Under the pieces are notes generated by a model. That model was not told where the DNA came from. It ran no database searches and was given only the letters and a program-made list of their open reading frames with translations. From Zygnema circumcarinatum SAG 698-1b (lineage: Eukaryota; Plantae; Zygnematophyceae), in NCBI GenBank assembly GCA_037447605.1, contig CM074805.1, forward strand, positions 2,141,361-2,205,360: a stretch of DNA of 64,000 nt, written 5' to 3'. Every line of letters begins with the position of its first letter. Position 1 is the first letter of the stretch. Shown in pieces: positions 1-14,744 of this stretch. The translations under genes were made by a program, and so were the position numbers.

Positions 1-320
1 ACAACCGTCTTTCCTACGTTGATCTATCTGCCTCTGTTGAAAACTAATACTTTCAACCCCATGTTTGGCAGTATGGCTCTCGTCAGAGTCAGGTGCGGAT
101 GTGAGGACCGCAAGAGAAGGAAGAAAACATGCGAAAGTAATCACGAGGAGTCACATGACGGCAGATAGTCACACAGCAAACAAAAGTGAGAGAAACATGC
201 CAAAAGTAGCTTCGTATATACTAAAGCCATAGAATAAACTTTGTCACCGGAAGACCAGCGACGCGAGCAGGTGTCAGCATACAAAATTGGAGTGCCTTGT
301 GACACTGAACAGAGTACCTG

Positions 321-1148
321 TTACAAGGGCGGTCCTTTTGACACCGATTGGCCAACTTGGGACCTGTTCAAGGCTTCTTTAGCGGCCAGTTTCTTCTTCA
401 CCTCCTCCTGCAATCTCAACACCTCCCTTTCCATTCGGCGCATGCCCCTCCATGCATACGTTGCGTATAGACCCAGAGACGCTGCAGCCGCAACAATGGT
501 CCAATTGTACTCTTAAGTAACAACGTCGCTCCCAGGTATCTCCGTTAACTAAAGAAAGAAAACTAGCATAGGGAAAGGCACACGTGAACTTGCAAATTTT
601 CGAGAGTAAAGGACATCTAAGAGAGAAAGGTAATAGATTTAGAAAGGATTGGTTGAGCGTACAGTCGATATAATATGTGCAACAGTCGAGCAATTCATTG
701 CGTCCGCAATTGTTCAAAACAACGACACGTTTCAATAGAGGGGTTGAGCCCTCAGCGTCCCTTGACTTATCGAAAAAAGAAAACTAGACTCTGAAGCATC
801 GAAAATTTGAAAAAAAGGGCTTTCCTGACCCGTGGTGACCTAAAATAAATGGCCCACGCAATGCCAGGAAACGAGAACCCGTTGAAAGTCTGGAAAGTGA
901 ACACCCTCATGGACGCAAATTCTGAACATCGATAACTAGGCCATGCCATCTTAGAAAGCAGGCCCTCCCACTCCAGCTCCCATTACCCGTTTTTAGGTCA
1001 CGGGCGACTCACCAAACACACAAGCGTACGAAGCCCACACGTACGGATACTCCTCCGAATGCCTCTTCACTCTCTCCAGCTTTGCAAGCACCGTTTCTGT
1101 GGACCGCATCTGCTCTCCTTCTTGCCCCGTCCGCTGGGAATCGCCCAT
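321..1148 (-). CDS. Small single-pass membrane protein (~98 aa), plant YPYVW-motif family; exons 1013-1148 and 321-481
   Basis: ATG at 1148, G|GTGAG donor at 1012 and CAG acceptor at 482, both phase 1. Product: MGDSQRTGQEGEQMRSTETVLAKLERVKRHSEEYPYVWASYACVFASLGLYATYAWRGMRRMEREVLRLQEEVKKKLAAKEALNRSQVGQSVSKGPPL*. The hydrophobic segment is followed by a coiled coil. Family recognised from memory; not in the ORF track. Confidence 0.72.
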
Positions 1149-1939
1149 CCAAATCTTCAGTAGTTTTCCTGCGGCTGGGATGAAATCAGACCGTGTGCAC
1201 AGTCGATGAACAAAGCCAAACGAAGAGCTGCAAAAATTTGCAGCGATAATTAGGGTATCTTAACATTTTAGGTTTGAATCCGCCCTCCGAACGCTCTCTG
1301 CCCAAAACTCACAAGGCAGTCAGTCCCCATTCCCAGGCAGCAGGCAGGGTCCGCAGGGGGCTCTTCCGTACTCATTAGAAAGCAGGACCGTACCGTACCT
1401 TTTCGTTTCGTACAAACCAAGATCCATGCGCCGAAGTGAGATTTGTTTTGCGGAACAGCGAACTGGATATGTTTTTCACATAGATTTTGGATCGTCATTT
1501 GTTGCTTTCGATTAGAAATTTGACCACTTAAAGTATGCCACGTGGCATCGCACGTGTGTAACTTCCTTAAATGAGCAGCCACAGAGCCGCCGCCTGCCGT
1601 ACGGTCACGCTGGCTTCACGTGGGCGCGCGCTTGGCTTGTACGAATAGTTTGTCGGTTTGTTTGCCTTCGTACAACGCCGCCTGGGAGACAGGTGGCCGC
1701 CGCGTGAACGAAGGAGACGACAAACATTGACACGTGCGGCGTCAGACCATACGAGCGGACGACTTTCCGTACATAGGTGCTTGTACGGCAACGTGATGGA
1801 CTGTAGTAAATTATCGACACAGCATGCTCATGCGTGCGGCCGGGCTGGCGGGCACGGCCGGGCTGGCGGGCATGGCCGCATGAGGGCATGCTCCGAGGTC
1901 ACCATGACCAGTTCCGCGCCTCGAAAAGGGGCGCGGCGA

Positions 1940-2052
1940 CAGACAGCCAAGACAGACAGACAGGCAGACAGGCAGACAGACACACAGACAGAGACAGACA
2001 GAGGCAGGCACGCACACAGTCACAGACAGACAGACCGACCGACCGACCGACA
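1940..2052. repeat. (AGAC)n / (ACCG)n compound microsatellite
   Basis: gacagacag...cagacagacagaccgaccgaccgaccgacag visible directly. Confidence 0.85.
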
Positions 2053-2998
2053 GCTCTCGTTCGTTCAAGGCGGGTGCTCCACGCGCGGCAGCGAGTGGAT
2101 GGAGGCGCAGAGAGCAGTCGGGGCCAGACATGGGGCGGCATAGCACGGTGCACGGTATGCAATTGCAAGGAAGGCCCACAACACAGGTTTCCCGTCACAG
2201 TGCTTTCGCTCTTCTATGGACTTCGTCCTAGTTTCAGAAAAAAAAGAAAAAAAGAAAGGCATTCCAAGGTAATCCAGAAGCTCCCTGCACCCCTTCGCAC
2301 TCACTCGCGCAGCCGCAGTAGGCACAACGCTGCCTTCGCCTGACCAGACCCTGCTAGAAGGGGTCAGGCAAAACTCAATCTGGAGCCTGCTTTACATACA
2401 AACTAGAAAGGACTCTCAGGATCCTGAGAGCCTTCAGGCTCAAACGGACAAAACAAAAAAAGCTCCACTGCTAGCTTGGAGGCCTTCAAGCCTCGAGCCA
2501 CGCAGCCTCTTCTCCATGCTCCTTCCTTGAGCCGATTCATGTGGTATTCCTCTCTCAACCGCTTGTCGCACCACGCTTTTCAAAACAGATGATGATTGGT
2601 GCCTAAAGAGGCTAATCAAGCTCCGGCACAAAGAAGCCATCCCCATTATTTCCGAGTGGATGGAGTGCCAATCGGAAAGGCGAAACGTGTCACAGCAACT
2701 CCAGCGCTTACTTGAGAGCTCCATGATGTGCAGTCCACTCACAACTTCTCTTCCCTCTTTCCTCTGCCCCCGACTGGGCCCCAAAAATCCCATCCGCCTA
2801 AAACGCTCTTCAAGCTCGCTCCTGTCTTCTTCTTCATGAGCCTTACACTCTCCCGCTAGTCACCAGCAGAAAACGAAAGGAGACCCTTCTCTCAATCGCA
2901 ACAAGTCTGCATAATGGGCTCGATGTGTACGAAAGCCAGAAACGGCTGCTCAGTGGAAGAAAACAGACAAAGGCGAGACAAAAGTGCTTCAACAAATC

Positions 2999-5333
2999 TC
3001 AGAACATGCTCCTTCGTAGCGTGCGAGTGGTGGCCTGATAGGATCTGACAATTATGCCGACCCCAATCCCTATGCCGAGGCACATGCCCAGGCCAAGTCC
3101 CACTCCCACACGAACGCCTGCATTGAACCACGACATTTCTGGCTCCTCGCCTTCACCATATGGGCCCCCTCCATACCCGAGATCGCCGAGAGGAAGATCA
3201 TAGATGCTATTATAACCGACTGTCTGAGGCTTGTCTAGCAGGCCATCACCAGATCTCTGCACAAATACAAGCACTGCTGATATCAGAAAACAGCAGCTGG
3301 TGAGTAAGGCTGCGTCGTACAGCTTACAAGACTAGAAAGCTCTGACCGAGTTTTTGCAAACCAAATGACAGCCCATTTGACTAGAGCTCACGACACAACC
3401 AGCAAATGGGCCTATGAACCAGAAGGCTCTCCTCTTCGCAGAAAATAGACGGAACGAATTCGTTTCGTTGTTTTACACGAAACGAATCTGCAATTGCAAA
3501 AAAGACATGCACAAGATAACTAAACATTTTGGTTTCAGACAACAGAACGGCTATGCAATTTAATTCTTGTGTTTGGTTGCTCATTAGAAGGATGGAAAAC
3601 CTCTAGACACTAGAAAGGGTTTTAAAGAGAAAGGGAGACGAACGAGATAGATTCTCTGATAGACACGGCATTATATCCCCAAATAGCTGCAACTGCTAAC
3701 AGCACATAAAAACCAACATATAGTAACGGGAAACTGTCGTTCAAACAATCTACATTCCAGGCGCAGACATGCTAGAAGTTCAAATTACAGCCACACTCAC
3801 AAGCAGCAAGATAATTAGCGCTAAATCCTCAAGACTCTCTACTGAACAAGATAATTAACAAGAGGCGGAGCAAAGATCCAACGACCAGACACTAGCTGGT
3901 CAAAGCTACAAGTTAAAGCATGAAAGTACTCTATCAACCTTGTGGACATGAGATTACACAGAGCAAAAGAGCAGCAAGTCAAAAAAGGAGGGGAGGGGAA
4001 GTAAGGGGGACGAGTCAGATGAGAGGGGAGCAAAAAGAGGGGAGAGAAAGGGAAAAGGGGGAAACACAGACCGAGCCAGAAATGGGCAGAGACAGTGAAG
4101 CCTTGACAAACAAAATACGGCCCTAGCTATTACACCAGCAGTTTGGAGAACCTCATCTTCTAACGAGCATCGTCTCCGATAATGTTCTAGTTGACGCAAT
4201 ACCTGGAGGCAAGCTACAAATACATGATGATCCCCGTACATTCGTTTTCATTTTAGAACAAAAGTTAGGAGCAATTGAGATGCTCGGTTGTCAGACTGTT
4301 TGCCAAACTCTGACGGTAGACCACATGCATGCAATGAAGCGCCAGTTCATTGCGAAACAAAGATACAATCAGAAAAACACTGGCTTCTATACCAAAAACA
4401 AGCTGGGTGCAAAAGTTATATGCTACTTTCAACCAGCAAGAAACTTACATTAAGCCTGACTAATGAATTATCTGAATTGCCATCTGTTGGTGGTCCACCC
4501 CGCTGAGCGCTTGCCCTGTCTGCCTCATCCGCTTCTGGAATTGCGTCCAGGGCTACCTTCCTGAGATTTCTACGTCGAGCTGTTAGGATGACGGTCTGCG
4601 TTAAAATCACCGGCAAATTGTTGAACCTTCCGACGATACAGACCTCCATAGACGGATGAACTAGAGGAGTTGTATAGTCATGCTTTGTCCTCAAGAAGAC
4701 ACAGCCGTTGCCGCCTACAGAACAGGAACACTCTAAGGTCCAGCCTACATTCACATGGCGAGGGTGACTTGATAGCAGCACATTCCCGACGTCTCCCGCC
4801 TTTCCGTCCTGTCCATGCACCGTGCCACACAGCAACTGGTCATCGTCGTGCAAAACTTCAAAAAGGATGGAGCCACTTGTCCTCCACCTGTCCGTGCTAA
4901 CATAAGTCGCTTCTGATGATTCGCAGTCAATTCGGTCCCTCCGTAGAGTCAGAACGACTTCTTCAGATGGAGATATTCGCGCTCCATTCACCTCTACAGC
5001 ACAGCCGATATCTCTTGGTGGACACTTGAACCTCAGTGTTTCTGGCGTTACTTCATCGTCAACAGGGCAGGAACTCAACCGCACATATATAACCCGGACA
5101 TCAAACCAGCTAACTTGTCCAGCAGCTGCTGCAACGGCGCCACCCCCCTTATGTCCCCTACTCATTGCAACCTTTACATTGCGAGAAAGTCCCCCTCCCA
5201 CCTCTACACATGCTTGCTCATCCGTCGGACGACCCCACAAGCATAATTCCTCTTCAACAGCCATCCCATGGCCATGGCCTGCCATCACAGGGCCTCCTGC
5301 AGCCTCTGCAGCAGCCTCTACTAATGATTGCAT
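2999..5333 (-). CDS. At1g01500-like uncharacterised plant protein (often annotated 'erythronate-4-phosphate dehydrogenase family'); three exons (~4450-5333, ~4137-4202, 2999-~3256), C-terminal membrane anchor
   Basis: Motifs WFDVRVIYVRLS, VNGARI..LRRDRID..SEATYVSTD and MEVCIVGRFNNLPVILTQTV in ORF 4416-5333. The C-terminus EMSWFNAGVRVGVGLGLGMCLGIGIGVGIIVRSYQATTR in ORF 2999-3274 is the family's hallmark tail. Internal exon boundaries are approximate. Confidence 0.85.
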
Positions 5334-7011
5334 GGAGTCAGACCAACACCACCAAAGAAAGACTTAAACGCCTGAGAAAAAAATGTAGTTTCCCTCGGGA
5401 ATGGAAGACTTCTGCAACGATTCCGTCCCTGTTTCCTCAGGTTTTTAGGTCTCACGATAATCCATCCATCTCTCACAGTCTCCACTGCGTTTCCTCCTGA
5501 CCTCGTCCCCATCCTCCATCTGCTCAGGTCATACGTGATAGGGCCAAATGCGACAAAGAAAAGGTATTCAACACCACAAGTCTGCTCCCGACACACATTC
5601 CCTTTCAATTTCTGTCTGCTCGAAGCACTGCACCCCCCTTCCGTGAGCACCACCCACAGCCGTCCCAACCAAGTCCCTTTCTCGCCCCTTTCCGTCCTCA
5701 CCACACCCTGAAACAGAAGCTCCTGCCCCACCTCTGCCTCCCGCCGACTTCCTAAGCAGCACAGCCGCCAGTCCTTCCTTCCTGCCTCTCTCCCACCACC
5801 AGCCTCTCCCCTCCCTCCCTGCCCTCAGTCATTCTCCTCTTAAAAAACCACCCCTCTGCTCCTGCTGCCCTTCCTCAAGGAACAAGAGGGAAGCAAGCCC
5901 TGGCACCTCCACAATCGGTACCGCGCAAAGGAGCCGATCACTGGCAGGCGGCCAGAAGAGTACTCATTTTAACGGAGTTTTTGCGTCGTCCGGTCGTCGG
6001 TGTACCGTGTGAATACCTTCCGGGCACCGCCCGACCGATCGGGTCCCGCACCCCTCCGGCCAATCGTGTGGCGCCGCGGCGCGTGCCGCCGTTGGAGACG
6101 CCACGTGTGGGGGGAGCGCGCACGCACGTGTGCGGCCCGCCTTTAAGCGCGGGAGGGCGGCCCGGCCAGGCCCGTCCCTGCCTCCGTCTGTCGGGCCGAC
6201 CGAGACGACACGGGGGACTGGGACTGGAACTTTGGCGGTCTCCATGCATTCAACAGTTCGACAGTTTCGAGCACAGTCTTTTCTTTTTTGAAGGCCTTGA
6301 AACTAGTAGAGGTTGAACAGTTTTTACTACGGGCTCTCAGAGAGTCAACAGAAGAGTGAGCTTAGCGCTCTGCAGATTCTTGAGTTGAGCTCTGCGTTGC
6401 TAGGCCATTGCGATGTGCTATAGTCGTACAGGACAGAAAGGGGAAAGACAATTGCTTCTCTGCGCTCATTGAAGAACTGCTTTTCGATTCTTTTTCGCTC
6501 AACTTGCAAATGTTTTCGTGATGCCTTTTGAGGGGCCGTTCGCCTCTCCAGCAGTCGTCATTCCTATAAAGAAAGCTTGAGAACCATTTTATTGCCTAAA
6601 GAACGCGGATAAAGAATGACCCCACTTGCCAAGTACTCCGAAACACACAGCACAGATCGCAAACCAATCCCTGACCCATGCTCTTTTCTCCTCCATGACG
6701 TATATATTCCCCCCCCCNNNNNNNNNNTTCCCCCCCCCCCCCCCCCCACCCAAAAAAAAAAAAACTGAAAATGCAAATACCCAAGCAACGTCCCTATGGC
6801 CACCCTATGTTTCCATCCCTCTCAAAGGCGAAATTAAGAAAAGTCACTCCCCCCAGTTGACCCCACGTCATGATGAGCATTTCCATAGTGGGCAAAAAGG
6901 TGCAAACACATTCACCAGTCCAGTCGACCATCGAGCATTTCAACTTGCACCAATGGGGATACAGATACTCAAGTCTCCTAGCCACAGACTGCTCTCTCAT
7001 GCCCCACCGCC

Positions 7012-9452
<2,441 letters not shown>

Positions 9453-9516
9453 GGCTGCCGCGCGTGATCGCTCCGCAGAACCCCGCGGAAGAGACCCCCT
9501 TCGCTGGAGGCGCTGC

Positions 9517-9595
9517 CTTTTATACGCGGCTGCTAGCGGCGCCGCGCGAGCGTTTAGGGTTCACGTCCGCTCCGCTCCGTCGCGCCGCGCCCATA
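9517..9595 (-). promoter_or_regulatory. RPL10 core promoter: TATAAAAAG, telo-box-like AACCCTA and site-II-like ATGGGC
   Basis: Minus strand has TATAAAAAG at 9525-9517, GAACCCTAAA at ~9552-9561 and ATGGGCG at ~9588-9594. Telo-box plus site II is the known plant ribosomal-protein promoter module. Confidence 0.6.
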
Positions 9596-11188
9596 AAAGA
9601 GAGCGCCCGCCAGTAGAGAGGGTCGTAGCTTCCCTCCCTCCTTCCTCCCTCCGCCTCGCCGGGCGGCGGCCGAAGGGCATGGAAGGAAGGAAGCGCCCTC
9701 GCGCTGCTGCGGCGAAGGCGTCCTGCGCACTGCCGGCTGAGCAGTAGTGACAGGGCGGGAGGTCAGCGGTCTTTGAGGAGGCGGTGGTAAGAAAGTTTGT
9801 GCAGACAAACAAAGAGGAGTGAACCAGGAGCTACAACTGCTCGTTGCGTGAATGGACGACTGCGTGCTTTGCAGTGGTTATCATCGCTAGTGAAGGGAAA
9901 GGAAAGAAACAGTCGTTATGGTGCGGCCTGTAGAGAGATAGAACGGTAGCTTTGCAAAGTGGTCTGAAGGGGATGAACTTTGTGACAGTTAGTAAATATG
10001 CATCTGCTTGCGTTGCGATTTCGCATGCTTCACGAAGGCTACGAGGGATTAGTCAAAGTGCGGGCGTTATGACATGTTCAAGTTGTCCAGCAGGAGGCAA
10101 AGCCGACCTTGGGCAGATATGAAGAAAAGTCCTAAGAGTCGGTAAAGGAAATGAAATATCCAAGATGTGGAGAAAGAACTCGCGAAGGTCTTCTGCCATC
10201 TCCAGATGGATAATTTTCTCCAAACGACTCAGGAAGGAGCTTTCAAATAGGCCATGTCAAACTTAAAAATCGTCAGTAGCATTGAAGGAAAGGCATCAGT
10301 CACTCGGATACCAAAACGAGTACTCTGTGGACATAGCGATCCGCTTGCAAAACTGTGCTCCGTATATGTTATCTTTAGTACTACTTACGAAAGAGAGAGG
10401 GAGGGAAATGGCAAGAAAAAACTTCCATTTGATTTTGTGAAGTCTGGCATGCCCTAATAGCAACATGACAAGAAGAATATCCATAGGATGACAGCTCGCA
10501 AAGCAAGCGCCACAAGCGCGTCACGAGCACACGGTCAGCGTTGGCCAGGCTGAGCCGACCGTGAATCCTTTGATCCGTTGTTATTTTTTTGAGCCATAGA
10601 GATGCAAGGTGCAATTGTGAACAGCACAAGAGAAAGCTGAACTGTTGTACTTAAGTCCAAACGTAGGAAGCAACCTATTCAAACAGCACCGCACAGGCTT
10701 CCACAAATTACAGTGTTTACTGAAATGCCGGACTTGGAAAATGGAAGTGTTTCTTCGACTATCTCCACGGTACTATACTGAACACTACCGCAGTCTTGTA
10801 CGCAAAGCCGATTTTCAAAGCTTTTTTCTCATCCTTTTCTGTACATCACCTATACTGATATGTATCTTTATACCACCAGTACTCTAGTAGAAGCTCACAA
10901 GGTCATATTCATCATGACCGCACCTTTCGTAGTATTTGCTGTTCCCTTTTTCCACTGAGATTGTCCAACCTTGCATGACTCGAGGTTTTTGACCATTCCA
11001 TTTCAAACAGTATTTGCTCCCAAAAGATCAAAGAAGCACGGGCGCATGGTAACTGGTTCTTAAACGCAGATACGAAGTACATTCGCAATGAGAAAACCAC
11101 CAAAAGGACATGGAGAATGAGAATTGTTGGAAAAAATCACTGTACAGCAGGATCCCTCTGACTTGTCACTGGCACAAACAGCACCCCT

Positions 11189-12805
11189 CTAATTTCTGCC
11201 TCGCTTCTTCTTCACTGGAAACAGCTTTTTGCCCGTCACACCAATTAAGTCTACGTGGAGATTCTCCCGAACCAGGCGCCTCCTAACGACCTCTTTATTG
11301 ATGCAGATTTTACACAGAGTGAACTTCAAGGGCGCATATTGCATTGCAGCCTCGTGACGCACTGGAAACTCTCCACGCAAACCGCATGAGCGACATGCCC
11401 GCTTGCTGTACAGGCTGCGCCACTGCCGTGAAAAACACAACATCAGCAAAGCTATTTGAAACATGAACATAACATAATTAAAAAAAACATAACTGAAATT
11501 GAAAAATGCTTTACTTGCTTCAACTAATGAACCTGCCTCCTGTGATCCACGAGTTCTGACTTACAGTGAACAGCCTCAAGCAATCACAGACTACAAGGAC
11601 CAGGGACACAGCGAAATCTCCCATTCCCAACAAACTGATAAATGATGATGCCAAACACGGCTTGTGACACGTCATGTTCCTGAAAACTGGCCATGACATG
11701 GCATGCAGGATCAAGAAAAGCATCAGTCGTCAACATGTATTACTTTGAAAAAAAGCGAACAGTCAAACTTACAGGAAAACAAACTTTACAGGATAGACCC
11801 CTGGGGAAACGAGGGAGGTTCCAACGTCGTTGATCACACTCCTGCTTAAAGATGAGCTCAGCAGCTTCCGCCCAACTCTTGCATACCTGAAATGAAGCAT
11901 CGACAAAATCAAGTTTTTAGAGGATGAACACTCTACGAAGTCACGAAACTACTACGCCACATGCAGGACCACGATACACAACCACAACCGCAAATGTATA
12001 GCTGCGTCGAAGAGCAGCATATGCAAGTCTCATTTAGCCGACATGTGGGATTGAGAAAAACATGGAGGCAAGCATATCAGGATACTCGTATTTAAATTAA
12101 ACGCTGGGTTCATCAGGCATTGTTTCGGAACTTTCAAGGCCATCATTAGTTGAGCACACCTGAGAGGCTTGGAGTAATTGGGGTAAAGAAAGACAAGAGA
12201 GGATGTGCTGAAGCAGGTCAGCTTGTGATCCATTTGTTAGCTGCTCCAGAATATTGGAACTGCAAGCGCCAGCTATAACCCTGAACAGGAACGCCTGCTT
12301 TGGACTTTCAAGGAACGCACTCTGCGCTGGCATAACTCCACGTCAACCAAAACGACAATGTTATTGAGCAACTCTTCACATGCTCAACCACATATATGAT
12401 GAATAGCCTCTAAACTCCCCTACCAGCTGATTCTACAACATACAGCCTGATGCCAAGGCAGAAGACGAACATCAGGAAGTTCAATGCAGGCGCCAAAATC
12501 GACTTTTGAGTAAATACAGCATGACAAGGAATAAAGAACACACTCACAAATGACAATTATTATTGAAAGAGAATGGATAAAATCTGCAATCACATACCTT
12601 CTATAGAAGGTCTGCGTTTTCCCAGCATAGAAGTTCTCCTCCTCCTAGTAGAATCTCCAGCACTATTTACATTGAAGCCCGAGCATTCATTCAGACCTTG
12701 CGACACCTTATTCGAAATCAGAGTGTTTTTAACCGGCTGAATTCTCTGTTCTACACCTTCTACATAACGTACAGTTTTTCCGCCTATGACAAGTTCCTCT
12801 TCCAT
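11189..12805 (-). CDS. F-box protein with three C-terminal CxxC motifs (~240 aa); exons 12598-12805, 12160-12326, 11773-11886, 11189-11422
   Basis: All three introns are GT-AG and phase-compatible (1,0,0). F-box-like segment DLLQHILSCLSLPQLLQASQ|VCKSWAEAAE, then LSCKVCFP|WRSLYSKRACRSC...LCKIC. Confidence 0.75.
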
Positions 12806-12998
12806 TTCAGGAGAATCACTTCACCAAACGAGGTGCTTCAAAATGCCTAACTGTTCATCGACCCAGCTACCTCTCACGAGATAAGCGAAAGACTCAATTC
12901 CTGCAAAACGACCTCTCTACAAGTAGTCCTAGTCTTCCCGTCTACCTGCCACCCAGAAACCACCCTCCTCACCTACCAACCCCTCGTCTGTCTTCCTC

Positions 12999-13712
12999 TC
13001 AACGCCGGCTACGACTCGGCCGGTTGTATTCGTCAGGCAATTCTTCCAGGGACGACCACCAAGCACGTTCATCCATAGAGGCAGGAGGTGAAGCACGGGA
13101 ACGATGCTGCTCCCTCAGTTGAGCAGAATCAACCAAGCCAAACTTGTCTTCAGGAACCCAAACCCCTGAAACTGGATCAGGATGCCACCACTTCGCATTC
13201 TTCTGCTTTTCCCAAAAAACGGGATCAACTCCTTGCTTCTCGGCAGCTTTGAAATCCACTTTAAAACCCTTCTCCTTTTCAATTATTTGTCGCTCACTAG
13301 GTTCATGAATGTCGTCCTCGATATCCTCCACAGCAGAACCAAAAGAGCGCCTGAAACATCAACGCATTGGGTAAGCAAAGTGATAGACGCCAATACCAAG
13401 GAAGTCATCCTCTAAAAAATAAACCCTTGGAAAAAAGACTACCATTTTAACACCAGAGCTGTCTGCTTAAGTCACTGCAACGAAAGAGCACACCAAACCC
13501 CGATAGACCATCCAACCATCACCATTCAACCCCAAGTCCTGCCGCCACTTTCCACCTCTACCAACCCTGCTGCGTCACTCATGTCCCAAAAAACAAATGA
13601 ACTCAAAAACGGCGCTTGTTTCCTACCAAGCCTGGACCGCAGCCGTCCTCCCACTCTGACTCTGCCGTTGTGCGGCTGTCCTACCTACCACCACCAACGC
13701 CCTAATGCTCAT
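12999..13712 (-). CDS. LEA_3 (LEA5/SAG21-like) late-embryogenesis-abundant protein (~145 aa); exons 13627-13712 and 12999-13350
   Basis: Phase-2 GT-AG intron. The N-terminus MSIRALVVVGRTAAQRQSQSGRTAAVQAWRSFGS resembles a mitochondrial presequence. Diagnostic motif WWHPDPVSGVWVPED, followed by AQLREQ and WWSSLE. Confidence 0.85.
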
Positions 13713-13989
13713 TGCTGACCGAGAAAGCACCCCTGCTTCCCTGCACCTCTGCCAACCTTCCCCCTCCCAAACCCCTCCCTCCGCTCGCCTACCTTCCAAA
13801 CCCCTCCCCCTGCAATTCCCCTTCCCTTCAAAACCCTTCCTCTCCCTCAAGCCTCCCCCACCACTGCTCACCTCCTACCGTCGCTGGCCGGCTGGAGCCA
13901 TAAGTAGTCGGCCGGTCAGTCCCGGGGTCCGGGCGGATAGGCCTCCGCGGCCCGCTTCGACCTCCCGCCTGCGAGGGAGGGCGCCGGGC

Positions 13990-14123
13990 CACGTCGGCTC
14001 GGGACCACTTCGCGCGCGTGGCGTGCTCCGACGGCCCGGGAGGCGGTCAACGCTGTCACGTGGCGGGAGGTCGGAGTCGCGCTGCAGGTCGCTGACGTGG
14101 TCGCTTACGTGGAAGTTCCACGT
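13990..14123. promoter_or_regulatory. Cluster of five ACGT-core ABRE/G-box-like elements upstream of the LEA_3 gene
   Basis: CACGTC 13990, CACGTGGC 14057, ACGTGG 14095, ACGTGG 14107 and CCACGT 14118, lying 280-410 bp upstream of the ATG. Confidence 0.6.
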
Positions 14124-14744
14124 CGGCTTCGAGCAAGGGTCGGGTCGGCGGGAGGCAGAGCCAGTAACGCCCTGACTAGCCTGACTCATATGACCTGGTC
14201 AACCAGCGCGGTCCGAGCTGAAACGCTTTCGCAGGGAGCGACCAGCGACTCACTTTCACATTAAGCAACCAGTTGCGCTTTTGTTTGTTTTCTTTGTTGT
14301 TGCAGATTTTAAGCTATTTGGCCGATACACAATTAGTTTGATTTTTTCTTTTGATATTCATTGTGTGTGCAATGATTGGCATTGAACTGACAATGGCGAT
14401 GCCATGAAATGTGCATTGACAACAACAACACGAGACCCACGAGGAACTGACCGGTCGCAAAGGACCTGAGGAAGAACGAAAAGAGCCATGAGCGGAACTC
14501 TGCTTCCAGCCCCACCCAACAACAACAACAAGAAGGCGGCTCTGGCATCCGTCATGTCATGTATGTATGGATATACAGTGTACTCGCAGTGTACCATGTC
14601 GGCCCCCATGTATTTATGTCACTATATCCGTAATAACCCGTTTGTCACTTCACATGACCGCCTGTCACTTTTTTTCTTCACATATATAGTGACGGTGTTA
14701 TTACAGATGTCTTTGCTGTGTATCCGTACATATTTCATACCGTA

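Noticed and set aside
2413-2430. Perfect 18-bp palindrome CTCTCAGGATCCTGAGAG
   Set aside because: Single occurrence in probable 3'-UTR/intergenic DNA with no supporting context.
6718-6727. N-runs beside poly-C/G tracts (also at ~20897, 43223, 45294, 49451, 51009 and 52970)
   Set aside because: Assembly gaps of placeholder length; ORFs and distances crossing them are unreliable.
12396-12451. ATGATGA...CTGA...CTGA resembling a C/D snoRNA
   Set aside because: Too short, antisense to the host intron, no terminal stem, and no rRNA guide I can recognise.
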